Of a DNA stretch of 64,000 nucleotides, positions 54,122-63,248 are shown piece by piece (positions within the stretch are counted from its first letter, which is position 1; each line of letters begins with the position of its first letter). The position numbers were made by a program, and so were the translations under genes. Below the pieces are notes generated by a model, which was not told the DNA's origin, made no database searches, and saw only the letters and a program-made list of their open reading frames with translations. Source of the DNA: a virus (lineage: Duplodnaviria; Caudoviricetes); IMG/VR virus record IMGVR_UViG_3300034126_000020, positions 128,001 through 192,000 of that record; one strand, written 5' to 3'.

Positions 54122-54256
54122 TTATTCGGAAGCTTTGCGGATGACCGTGCCGATCACCCAACCTACAGCAGCAGCCACTGCGATCTTGCCAGCGAAGACA
54201 GCGAGGTGGCCAGCGGTGGAACGGCTAACGGCTTTAGAAGTTTGTGCAGTTTTCAT
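54122..54256 (-). CDS. 44-aa hydrophobic microprotein (...GKIAVAAAVGWVIGTVIRK)
   Basis: GGAG RBS, first gene after a promoter motif. Confidence 0.65.
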   Translation of the reverse strand: MKTAQTSKAVSRSTAGHLAVFAGKIAVAAAVGWVIGTVIRKASE

Positions 54257-54292
54257 GTCGATCTCCATTGATCGTGGTGGGTATGTCACATG

Positions 54293-54303
54293 TACAATGT
54301 ATT
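54293..54303 (-). promoter_or_regulatory. Early promoter motif variant AATACATTGTA
   Basis: 37 nt upstream of the microprotein operon. Confidence 0.5.
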
Positions 54304-54341
54304 GTTTCAAACTTTTCGAATCAGATTCGACACGGCATAAA

Positions 54342-54360
54342 GGCGGGGTTGATCCCCGCC
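54342..54360 (-). terminator. Intrinsic terminator
   Basis: ggcgggg-ttgat-ccccgcc. Confidence 0.7.
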
Positions 54361-54366
54361 CTATGC

Positions 54367-54840
54367 TTAGTGGTTGTAGAACGCCGCAGCCTCCATTCCT
54401 TTCTCGAACGTCAGGTGTTGACCAGACGCCATTAACCGAATCGCGTAATACATCGACCCCATGGTGTCCTTGATCTTTTCGCTGGTCACTTCGCTCTCGT
54501 GCCATTCCGATTCTGACATAAGGGCGATCTCATGTGTTTCAGACACGAGTGCACCGAAGACCTTTTCCGCCACCATTGCACGATCACGGTCGTACATGTA
54601 ATGCGGATGAGCAGGGTTGGCCAGGATCTCGTCCACCAGTTCAGGGCCGAGGATACGATCCATGCGACGAACTGTGACAGGATAGCGTTCCCGTGCCTCA
54701 GATGACCGGGCTGCCAAGAAAGTAGCCCCGACAGCCAACCACGTTAGAGCATCTTGTCTCCAGCGAGGATCACCGGCTACAGGCTCAAGGAGTGTGCAAA
54801 GAGTGACGATGTGATGGTTCAGCGGAGTGGCAAGGATCAT
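54367..54840 (-). CDS. Hypothetical protein
   Basis: 157 aa. Confidence 0.65.
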   Translation of the reverse strand: MILATPLNHHIVTLCTLLEPVAGDPRWRQDALTWLAVGATFLAARSSEARERYPVTVRRMDRILGPELVDEILANPAHPHYMYDRDRAMVAEKVFGALVSETHEIALMSESEWHESEVTSEKIKDTMGSMYYAIRLMASGQHLTFEKGMEAAAFYNH

Positions 54841-54852
54841 GGGTGGTTCCTG

Positions 54853-55194
54853 TTAGTACTTCTGGGGCTTGTAGCGGTACCCAGAAGCTTGAGCGAGGTG
54901 AAGGAGGTACATCAGGTGGAAGAAGTAGATAGTGGCCGCACAGGCGACCTTAGGGAAGATGGCACACAGGAAGAACAGGATCGTGATGATCCCAATCAAC
55001 CCTGACAAGTCGTTACGCGCCATTCCTTGAAGGACCATGGCGTAACCGATACCGTTTTCCTTCATCGACCCTTTGAGTGTCCGGTAGACACGGTAGTGAT
55101 CGATGTAGGGAACCAGCAGGAAGAGGAAGAACCCTGCCACAAACGCCCACTCAACGAAATTCGTGATCGCCTTGAGAGTTATCATCGTCTGCAT
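54853..55194 (-). CDS. Multi-pass membrane protein
   Basis: Three hydrophobic segments. Confidence 0.65.
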   Translation of the reverse strand: MQTMITLKAITNFVEWAFVAGFFLFLLVPYIDHYRVYRTLKGSMKENGIGYAMVLQGMARNDLSGLIGIITILFFLCAIFPKVACAATIYFFHLMYLLHLAQASGYRYKPQKY

Positions 55195-55564
55195 CCTTAA
55201 TCATGCCCAGGTATTCAGCCAGTTCTTTCATCTTGCCTTCGACACTGACTTTCACGTTGCCGTTGTCTGCGACCAAGACAGGAATGCTGTCGGTCACGTC
55301 TTCCGGTTTGCCTTTGTAATAGAACAGGACCTGAGGAACCTGACCGTCCGGTACAGGGTCTTCCTTCACGATTCCGTTAACGAACGATTCCGCCGAGTAC
55401 GACTGCGTCTTGGGGATGGTCTGCACCGCGTAACCGAGGTTGACCAACGCGCCAGCGGCGTCTTGGACGTTCTCATCCCAGTCTTCGACCATCAGGCCGA
55501 CCACAGGGGCTTTAGGCTCACCGTGGGGCGACAGGGTTTCTTCCAATGATGCAAAGATGTTCAT
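55151..55564 (-). CDS. Acidic hypothetical protein
   Basis: 137 aa. Confidence 0.65.
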   Translation of the reverse strand: MNIFASLEETLSPHGEPKAPVVGLMVEDWDENVQDAAGALVNLGYAVQTIPKTQSYSAESFVNGIVKEDPVPDGQVPQVLFYYKGKPEDVTDSIPVLVADNGNVKVSVEGKMKELAEYLGMIKDADDDNSQGDHEFR

Positions 55565-55568
55565 GGGT

Positions 55569-56285
55569 TCACCACTTGAATGCAGGAGGAGGGTTGAGCG
55601 ACAACATGTCAGCCGACAGACCCTTCAATTTAGCGTATTCACCAAAGCCGATCTTGTTGACCGAGTAAGGCTTGACGTTGGACCAGTCACCGTGGACTTC
55701 AGGAGACGGGCCATCAATCATCCAGTAGCCTTTGTCCAACATTACGTCACCGCCGAACAACACCCCACCTTCACGTTGGACGTCGACCAGCAACTTGACC
55801 ATGTACTGAGGATCTTTCCCCGTCTGAGGCAACATCTTCAGCTCAGCGTAGAACATCTTGGCGACGATGTTACCCTTGTACTCCCGGGTCTGGGGAGAGT
55901 AGGTGACCAGCCAGTGCTCATTGCTCTGCTCTACGTCGAACAGTTGTTTCTTGTTGGGCTTGATGGCGTACTCGTACGGGAGGTCGTAAAGGTACCAACC
56001 GTTCTTGTGACGTTTGCCATCGTAGTTAGGCCAGGTGATGTCACCCCAAGCCGCCACGTACCCAATGAAGCACCCCATGATGCTCGGGGCCACAGAGACA
56101 CGCGGTACAGAGATGTTCTCTTTCTGGGCAGCACGACGAGTCACGTACGGAGTGAACTTCTTGATCTCCCCATCCAGACTCATGTGGAACATGGGACCTG
56201 CATCCTCAGCAGAGACAAACTCCACTGCCTTACGGATGTTAGTGGGCTGTAGGTCTAACCACTGTTTGATAGCCTCTGCACTCAT
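55569..56285 (-). CDS. Conserved phage protein, possible ADP-ribosyltransferase-like fold
   Basis: FHMS...FTP...PRVSVAPS...D...SNEHW pattern. Confidence 0.5.
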   Translation of the reverse strand: MSAEAIKQWLDLQPTNIRKAVEFVSAEDAGPMFHMSLDGEIKKFTPYVTRRAAQKENISVPRVSVAPSIMGCFIGYVAAWGDITWPNYDGKRHKNGWYLYDLPYEYAIKPNKKQLFDVEQSNEHWLVTYSPQTREYKGNIVAKMFYAELKMLPQTGKDPQYMVKLLVDVQREGGVLFGGDVMLDKGYWMIDGPSPEVHGDWSNVKPYSVNKIGFGEYAKLKGLSADMLSLNPPPAFKW

Positions 56286-56682
56286 GGCAGTATCCTGACG
56301 AATGTTCTATACACTACCTAACAATCAAAATAAAAAACGCCAGCTAAGCTGACTGATTGTAAGTCCCTTGAGTTTTTCACTATGAAATCAGACATATAGA
56401 GTGAGTACGTTTTCCCGGTATCTAGTATAGGTGAGGCTTCGCCTCACTAGAACGGCTCATTGCGTCGTCTATCCTCCGGTCAGTAACCTTCCCTCCAGAC
56501 AGCCACCACAACGGCAGACCATTCCCTTCCTATCCCAACCCCCAGACTAATTCCTCACTCCGTTCGTCATTAGTCTTGCCCCCTTCCCTTTCCTTCCCAA
56601 GAAGTTGACAAGCCTTGCATACTATACAGACCCTCGTTTTAGAAAAGAAAAGAAGCAGGGGGTGACCCTGCTCCTATGTCCG

Positions 56683-57099
56683 CTAGTGAACCAACGCCCT
56701 TTCCATCGGGGTGTTGTTCATCAGCGTGTAGATCTCTGAACTGTCGAAGGCATCAGTGACATTGCGGTAGATGCAGATACCGGTATCTTTATCAGTCAAG
56801 CGTACTGCAACCGCACCATCGTTAGCGTACTGGCCGTACTTGATCCCTTCAGCGTCCAACCGGTCAAAGACATCTTGACGCACTGAACTCATGAGGACCA
56901 CAGTCTCTGCTGCTGTGAGTCGTTTCATACCCGCACAAGGAATGCCCACCACCATGGTAGCGATAGCGTCTACCAGTTTACCGATCTGCTTACGGATCTC
57001 CTGCTTCTCAGTAGGGCTCACCGTCTCACCTTTGCCGGACTGTTGGAAAGCGACTAGCGCCTTGAACTCCCGGACCAGTTGCTCGAACGTTTGTTCCAT
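56683..57099 (-). CDS. Hypothetical protein
   Basis: Start MEQTFEQ with AGGA RBS. Confidence 0.65.
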   Translation of the reverse strand: MEQTFEQLVREFKALVAFQQSGKGETVSPTEKQEIRKQIGKLVDAIATMVVGIPCAGMKRLTAAETVVLMSSVRQDVFDRLDAEGIKYGQYANDGAVAVRLTDKDTGICIYRNVTDAFDSSEIYTLMNNTPMERALVH

Positions 57100-57207
57100 T
57101 TGACATTCCTGCAAAAAAAGATCCTCATCACACCGGTCGCTTAAAGCGAAGGGGAATGCACACGACCGGATTGGGGGACGTGATGAGAATCAATGGGGTG
57201 TGTAGGG

Positions 57208-57816
57208 TTATACCGCAAAGCTGACGTAGTACGAAGTCGACATTTCAATGTTGTCGATTGCGTCTTTGCTCGGCTCTTTGAAGATCTTCCAGGACTCGTT
57301 GGTCATCGGGTCATTGAGGTGACCGATCAGACGCTTGTTGCCCAAATCCACCATGCGAGTGCGCTCACGGATAGCCGCACGCATTTGTGGTTCGTTCAGG
57401 CCGATGGTCACGAGACCGCGGTCTTTCTCGAAGGTCACGATGGCACCAGTGGATTCGATGATGTCGAACTTCTGGTTCAGGTTGCCTTCTTCTTTTGCAG
57501 TGCGCAGTTCATCGCGGATCAGGATGAACGCCGGGTGTTCCAGGACGGTGTCTTGGAAGTCGGCTTGCACTTTGCACCAGTGAGTGGCTTCAAGCAGGGA
57601 GAACATCCGACCGAAGAGAGTGCCTTCAGCTTGTTTGTGTTGGCTGATGTCGGCGGCGTTTCGAGACACGACGCGAACGGTGCCAACGGTACCAGTGAAG
57701 TTGCTGTCTTCCTTAGCCATCAGTTGCTCCAGGGCAGTGTCATCAAGATGTACGTGAGTAACGTCTGATTGTTGGGTCAGTGCGTTCATGTAGGCGACTC
57801 CTAATGCGTTAGTCAT
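57208..57816 (-). CDS. Hypothetical early protein
   Basis: 202 aa; alternative start at MNALT (AGGAG RBS). Confidence 0.7.
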   Translation of the reverse strand: MTNALGVAYMNALTQQSDVTHVHLDDTALEQLMAKEDSNFTGTVGTVRVVSRNAADISQHKQAEGTLFGRMFSLLEATHWCKVQADFQDTVLEHPAFILIRDELRTAKEEGNLNQKFDIIESTGAIVTFEKDRGLVTIGLNEPQMRAAIRERTRMVDLGNKRLIGHLNDPMTNESWKIFKEPSKDAIDNIEMSTSYYVSFAV

Positions 57817-57841
57817 TTGGTTATTGTTTCTAGCTCACCAG

Positions 57842-57852
57842 TTTAATGTATC
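57842..57852 (-). promoter_or_regulatory. Early promoter motif variant GATACATTAAA
   Basis: 26 nt upstream of 57208..57816. Confidence 0.6.
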
Positions 57853-57934
57853 GTTGAAATAAATTCGAATTGACCTGTGCAGACAGCGTATCGCTATGAA
57901 ACTTCGACTACTCTGTCCCAACAGGATACCAGTT

Positions 57935-59194
57935 ATGTCAACCCCGGCTCCTAATGTGAAGTCGTTGTTCGAGGAGGCTACTAAGCACCTGACCATCGAC
58001 CGCAAGTTCCTCCACAAGCTCCAAGGTTACCGCCAACACTTTGCCAACAAGAATGATGACCACGTCGCGTTCTTCGGTGGCCACTTGATGGGTGTACAGG
58101 ATGTGCGCTTTACCAAGGCAGATCGTCTCGAATGGCTCAGCGGTGTCTTGGACATCGACGACGTCACGCTGCAAGAAGACCTCCTGACCCTGAGCACCCT
58201 TGTACCCGATCCCAACAAGGTCCGCTTCGTATCCACAGACGTGATGAACCTCTCGTGCCTGTGGTTGGTTCACGCCATCTACAACTCGTCCCTGACTGAC
58301 AAGGAAAAGCACCAAGGCATGATCGATGCCCTGCTCGTCCTCGAATACAAATTCATCACCTCGATCTTGGCCTACTGGTTTCCCAACCGGGCCGACGAAG
58401 CAGTGGCTACGGCAACGTACGCTCGACTGCCGAAGAAGTTCAAGCTCAAGGAATTGGGCTCGTGGGGTGCATTGCTGGTCTACCGGGCTGAAGCCACAGT
58501 GGATTCAGTGTCGCCACACTTCAAGAACAAGACGTTCCAGAAGTTCGATGACGACTACGACATCATCTACATGGTCAACGACATCCAGGGCCGGATCAAA
58601 GGCTACCTGAAGAACATCCGGGACGTGTTCGAGATCGTTCGGAAAGACCCTACCGCGTTGATCCGCACCAACAGCAACACCTCGATCAACATGGACGGTG
58701 AAGTCGTCGTCAAGAACAAGAAGAACGTGTACTCAACCTATCGTCGTTACATTGACGAAGTCATGACAGACCGCAACAGCTTCATCATCCCGGAACTCTC
58801 CGAGATCGTGGCCAGCTGCATGCCGAAGTTGCCACTGCACAACATGATGCAGTGCCTTGAGTACATGACACGTCACTCGTCCAAGATGAAAGGCGATCCC
58901 GATGTCGCTCGACTGGTGGACTTGACGCTGGAGCATTTGTTCGACTACATCGCCACCAACCGCAATACCATCAACGTCCGGGACATTCCTGGTTTGCTCA
59001 CCAAACTGTGCAATCTGTACAAAGCCTCGCGGGCTAACAATGACCTGTTACTGGGCATGCGCGAAGTCGGTGAGAAAGTGGTGCGTAAAGCGGTCAAGAC
59101 CAAGAACGACAACTTGGTCATGTCGATTCGGACTGGCGCGATCCTGTACTTGGTGGCTCGTACCATCACCATGAACTACTATCGCAAGAGCTAA
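57935..59194 (+). CDS. Conserved core virion/structural protein (phiKZ gp32-like, tentative)
   Basis: 419 aa from MSTPAP; convergent with the terminase. Confidence 0.65.
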   Translation: MSTPAPNVKSLFEEATKHLTIDRKFLHKLQGYRQHFANKNDDHVAFFGGHLMGVQDVRFTKADRLEWLSGVLDIDDVTLQEDLLTLSTLVPDPNKVRFVSTDVMNLSCLWLVHAIYNSSLTDKEKHQGMIDALLVLEYKFITSILAYWFPNRADEAVATATYARLPKKFKLKELGSWGALLVYRAEATVDSVSPHFKNKTFQKFDDDYDIIYMVNDIQGRIKGYLKNIRDVFEIVRKDPTALIRTNSNTSINMDGEVVVKNKKNVYSTYRRYIDEVMTDRNSFIIPELSEIVASCMPKLPLHNMMQCLEYMTRHSSKMKGDPDVARLVDLTLEHLFDYIATNRNTINVRDIPGLLTKLCNLYKASRANNDLLLGMREVGEKVVRKAVKTKNDNLVMSIRTGAILYLVARTITMNYYRKS

Positions 59195-59209
59195 GCGAGA
59201 CAACATACA

Positions 59210-59230
59210 GGGCGGGGGAATCCCCCGCCC
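59210..59230. terminator. Terminator between convergent genes
   Basis: gggcggggg-aat-cccccgccc. Confidence 0.7.
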
Positions 59231-59241
59231 CTTATGCCGCA

Positions 59242-61461
59242 TCAACAGATCACGTAGTTCTTACCAGGCATCTTGAAGGTCTTGCGTTGCTGAACCGTGT
59301 TGAAGTTGATTGGACGGTCGATCTCCAATGCACGACCCGGACCGAAGTTCCGGTTGGCAATGTTGAGCTTCTCACGGCTGCTTTCCCTGATCTGGTCAAG
59401 GGACATCGTGCCTTCCATTTCAAACTCGTCGGTAATTTGCAACAACAGCAATTCCAGACGGTGTTGCAGTTTCATCCGTTCGAACGTATTACGCTCTTGA
59501 CCGATGCGCTCACCCAATTGAGTGACTTCATCGCGGACTGCCTGCTGTTGGTCATAACGACGTTGTTCTTCCCACGAGAGTTTGTGCTCGGCTTCGTAGA
59601 TACGACGCTTCACTTCACTCAGGGTAATGCCGTAGTGCTCAAGGTTACGGCCATAGGTCAGGAACCAATGGCAGAGCAACCAGCTGATAACGTGGTCATC
59701 GTGGCCCGAAGCATCGTGGTCGATTCGACCATTACGTTCTACGAGGCGAGACAACTCACTCTGGAGTTTAGCGTCGCGTACCACCGCACCGGTCTTCTTG
59801 GCTGCTTCTTGCAGCACAGGACCGTAGATGATTTCGCGCAACTGGGAATTGGTGGGGAAGCCGAAGTACTTCCGGTAGGACCGGTAGTTGTCTCGGTCGC
59901 CGATGTATTCATGGTACCGCTTACGGTCTTCAGGCGACGAGTCCTTGGCATCCACGAGTGTCGAGTAGATACGTTTGGCCGGGTCAATCTTGAACGTAGG
60001 CATGGTGAGGAGCAAGGTGTCGAGGATACCGATCCAGGTAGACTTGGATTCAGGCACCATCGTCAGTTTAGGGAACCGGACCAAGATCTTACCCACCCAC
60101 ATGGCAAAGGCCGTGAGGTTGGAGTCGTTGACTGTCCAAGCACCTACAACTTCAAGTGTACTGTTGTCTACAATGACCCCAGTGATGTTGTCTCGACCCA
60201 CGGCGTTGGAGGTATCCATGCCCATGGTGAGTTCGCGGTTACGAATGCCTTGTTCCACTTCCCATTCCGGGATGTACCACCGGATGGAATAGTTCTCCTG
60301 CTTGTCGATCTCCAAGTACAGCGGCTTAGTGACGCTGGCATGGATCTTACGCAGGGTGTCCTTGGACAATGGGTTACGGGCGTTACCCGAGGTCCATTCG
60401 TTCAAGTAATCTCGACGGACGTTGTCACCGGTCTGACGGGATTCAGCGATCTTCTGACGCAGCCAAGCATCGGTCTTACCGAGTTGCTTGTGGTTGAAGG
60501 TACCGTTGATAAGGATCGCGTCCTTGTTACGGCATTGCTTACGCACCACGTCGTACAGGTGTTCGCTGCTGTCGCAATCGTAGAAGTGATCGTTCCACTC
60601 TGCGCCGCCGGTCATCAGGTCGTAAGCGTAAGCGCCTTCGTCCGTATCCAGTTCGCCAGCAGTAGTGGTGAAGATGTTACCGTACGGCAGGCCGTTACGT
60701 GCAGCTTCTTCACGAGCCGCACCACCACCCGCCAGCATAACGCCGAGGGAGATGTGTACGTTCTTCAGGAACGCGATTTCGTCCGTGTGGGAGTGTGGGG
60801 TGGTCAGACCACGACCCAGGTTACGTGCCGCTTCCTCGTCCTTCTGAGGAATGTACACCACCATGCGGTTGCCCTGAGACATGTTGGTGAATTCTTTCTG
60901 GTTGTCCGTGTCCTTCTTGACAATGTTGACCAGATACTTCGGCAGCAAGCCCCGCAGCTTCTTGAGACGGGCGATGTGTTCTTTAAACAAGTCACCCTTG
61001 GTGAACAAGTTAGAACGGGAGTTCCGTGCCCCGAACATCTGGTACCATACCGAGATGCCGTCGGAGTTCAACGACTTACCGGTCTGACGAATCTGCACCA
61101 GGAAGTAGTCGATGTGGTTCAGGAAGCTCCACCACAGTGAGATGTTACCTCGGTTAGCCTGAAGGACAACCGGCGTATCACCAGCGGCAGGTGGTACACG
61201 CATCACTTCACGAATGAAGTACCACGGGTTGAAGGTGCACTCAATTTTGATCTTGAGTTTCATCTCCTCGGTCAGGAACGGGTCGTAAGGATCGACGCCC
61301 TGAAGGTCAGGCTGCATCAAAGCCAGCATGAACAAGTGGTTCTGTACGCCCATGTGTTTCAACAGGGACGAGAACTCGAGGAATGACGTGTTGGTCGTTT
61401 GGGTATCCCAGATAGCGGTAGGATATCGGTCCCAGTCGGGTTTAAAGAGGATCGTTTCCAT
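59242..61461 (-). CDS. terL: Terminase large subunit
   Basis: RQTGKS (Walker A), HTDEIAF (Walker B), GMDTS and HDDHVIS nuclease motifs. Confidence 0.95.
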   Translation of the reverse strand: METILFKPDWDRYPTAIWDTQTTNTSFLEFSSLLKHMGVQNHLFMLALMQPDLQGVDPYDPFLTEEMKLKIKIECTFNPWYFIREVMRVPPAAGDTPVVLQANRGNISLWWSFLNHIDYFLVQIRQTGKSLNSDGISVWYQMFGARNSRSNLFTKGDLFKEHIARLKKLRGLLPKYLVNIVKKDTDNQKEFTNMSQGNRMVVYIPQKDEEAARNLGRGLTTPHSHTDEIAFLKNVHISLGVMLAGGGAAREEAARNGLPYGNIFTTTAGELDTDEGAYAYDLMTGGAEWNDHFYDCDSSEHLYDVVRKQCRNKDAILINGTFNHKQLGKTDAWLRQKIAESRQTGDNVRRDYLNEWTSGNARNPLSKDTLRKIHASVTKPLYLEIDKQENYSIRWYIPEWEVEQGIRNRELTMGMDTSNAVGRDNITGVIVDNSTLEVVGAWTVNDSNLTAFAMWVGKILVRFPKLTMVPESKSTWIGILDTLLLTMPTFKIDPAKRIYSTLVDAKDSSPEDRKRYHEYIGDRDNYRSYRKYFGFPTNSQLREIIYGPVLQEAAKKTGAVVRDAKLQSELSRLVERNGRIDHDASGHDDHVISWLLCHWFLTYGRNLEHYGITLSEVKRRIYEAEHKLSWEEQRRYDQQQAVRDEVTQLGERIGQERNTFERMKLQHRLELLLLQITDEFEMEGTMSLDQIRESSREKLNIANRNFGPGRALEIDRPINFNTVQQRKTFKMPGKNYVIC

Positions 61462-61533
61462 GACTGTTCCTTGACAGGACAACATACGGAACACAGGACT
61501 GCCGGGGATCACCCCAGCAGCCCCATGCACCAA

Positions 61534-63210
61534 TCAGTTGCTTTGCTCGACGGCCAAGCCAGTCACACCCAACTGAAGCTGGGCGTTTGCGGTCTCCCGA
61601 ACCCATCGGATGTAGATGGTTTCGCCGACTTTCACGTCGTTGAGGATCGGGAATTCTTGATTCCACTGAGTCACTGCGAATGGGTACTCACGCGTCTTCG
61701 TTTGGATAACGAAGTGCGTAGGTTCAAGCGCGCTGACTTCACTGGTGTCATCGAACAAGTGGTTGAGTGGGTAGTAGACCTTGTTGAGCCAACCGTCCAG
61801 ATCTGTAGCCCCCGCTTTGAGATCCAGGTACGACAGGTTGACGTTGACGAAGCGGTTCTTGGCAATGACGCCTGCACCGAAGAACTTCTCCTGCGTCGGG
61901 TCGCACTTGACCTGCCACTTGTCGCCTTTCTCAGAACCGGGCTTCATCAAAGCAAACTCGGCAGATTGGACGAACCGGTGTTCAGGGAAGATCGGGTCGA
62001 TGTTGCTGAGCAACACACCGAACTTCAGGCGCTGACGGGACACGAAGTCCTTACCGTCGAAGGCCACTTCGTTGTCTGGGGTCTCCACAACCGAACGCGG
62101 TACACGGTAGTACTGATCACGGTCGATATTGAAGAGCCAGAAATCGAGGTCATAACGCGACGCTGGATCGTTCCAGGTCGGGAATGCGTACAGACGCACA
62201 CTATAAGCGTTGTCTGCCGCGATGGCCTTGATTGTGAATGGCTCGGTAATGAACCCGTTTTCCGTGATCCCGTGCTCCAGAGAGTACTCATCGTCGGACA
62301 ACTTGTACGCCAGAGTCAGCTTCGCAGCGTAGGTCTGGATCGTTGGGGAGTACCAGCGCAGGCCGTGCAACGACATCTTGCCAGTGCCGTCCAGTACCAC
62401 CGGGATCTCGAGTTCTTCACCGGTGTTGTACCGCACTACGCCGGTCATGACCACAGTCCTGAGGTCGACGTTGATTGGCACTACCAGTTGGCTCGGGTCC
62501 GCTTCGGACAGGTAAGGACTACGCAGGCCCACAGAACGGATCTGCTTACGACCAGCCGCCGTACGACGCACAAGGGTGGTGTTCTCCACCAACATGGTCG
62601 ACTTGCTCAGGGCGTTACCCGCAGCGTTGTACAGCACCACGGTGACCGGTTCGCCGTTGGACAGCTTACGGTTCGTGTTACCGGCCTTCGGTGCCCAGAT
62701 CGCCCAGTTGTTGATGTCATCGTGGCCGACATGTTCCAACCCAACGTTCTCGTTGATGTATTCGCCAGACGGAGAATAAGACGCAGAGATCAAGATGCCG
62801 TTGTCGGTCAAGTCCGTGCCGAGGAAGACCTTGTAGTGGTCCGCATCAGAACGGTACAGGTGGAGACGACCGTCGATCTGCATCGAGTACGGCATTTGAC
62901 GGGTGTCGATGTACACGCGCCATGTTTCCGATTGCGAACCGGTACCGACTCCCAGCAATTGGTCGACGATCACGTTGTTCTCGGTCACCATCGGCAGCTT
63001 CCACGGAATGAACGTGCACTTACCAGTGGTGATGTCGATTGTGGTCACCAGATACCAACCTGTGGTCAGGTCGATGATCAGGTCATCCACGTTGGGGCAG
63101 TGCAGACCAGTGCCTGGCTTGCCCGTGAAGATCTGTTTCATGAACCAGATTCGGGGTTCACGCGTCAGATCGACAATACCTACCTGAGGAATGTCTTCAA
63201 CAGTACTCAT
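61534..63210 (-). CDS. Virion structural protein (phiKZ gp26-like by synteny)
   Basis: 558-aa beta-rich ORF immediately upstream of terL. Confidence 0.75.
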   Translation of the reverse strand: MSTVEDIPQVGIVDLTREPRIWFMKQIFTGKPGTGLHCPNVDDLIIDLTTGWYLVTTIDITTGKCTFIPWKLPMVTENNVIVDQLLGVGTGSQSETWRVYIDTRQMPYSMQIDGRLHLYRSDADHYKVFLGTDLTDNGILISASYSPSGEYINENVGLEHVGHDDINNWAIWAPKAGNTNRKLSNGEPVTVVLYNAAGNALSKSTMLVENTTLVRRTAAGRKQIRSVGLRSPYLSEADPSQLVVPINVDLRTVVMTGVVRYNTGEELEIPVVLDGTGKMSLHGLRWYSPTIQTYAAKLTLAYKLSDDEYSLEHGITENGFITEPFTIKAIAADNAYSVRLYAFPTWNDPASRYDLDFWLFNIDRDQYYRVPRSVVETPDNEVAFDGKDFVSRQRLKFGVLLSNIDPIFPEHRFVQSAEFALMKPGSEKGDKWQVKCDPTQEKFFGAGVIAKNRFVNVNLSYLDLKAGATDLDGWLNKVYYPLNHLFDDTSEVSALEPTHFVIQTKTREYPFAVTQWNQEFPILNDVKVGETIYIRWVRETANAQLQLGVTGLAVEQSN

Positions 63211-63248
63211 CTAATCATCACGGGGACCGAGTCCCCGTGCTCCTGAGG

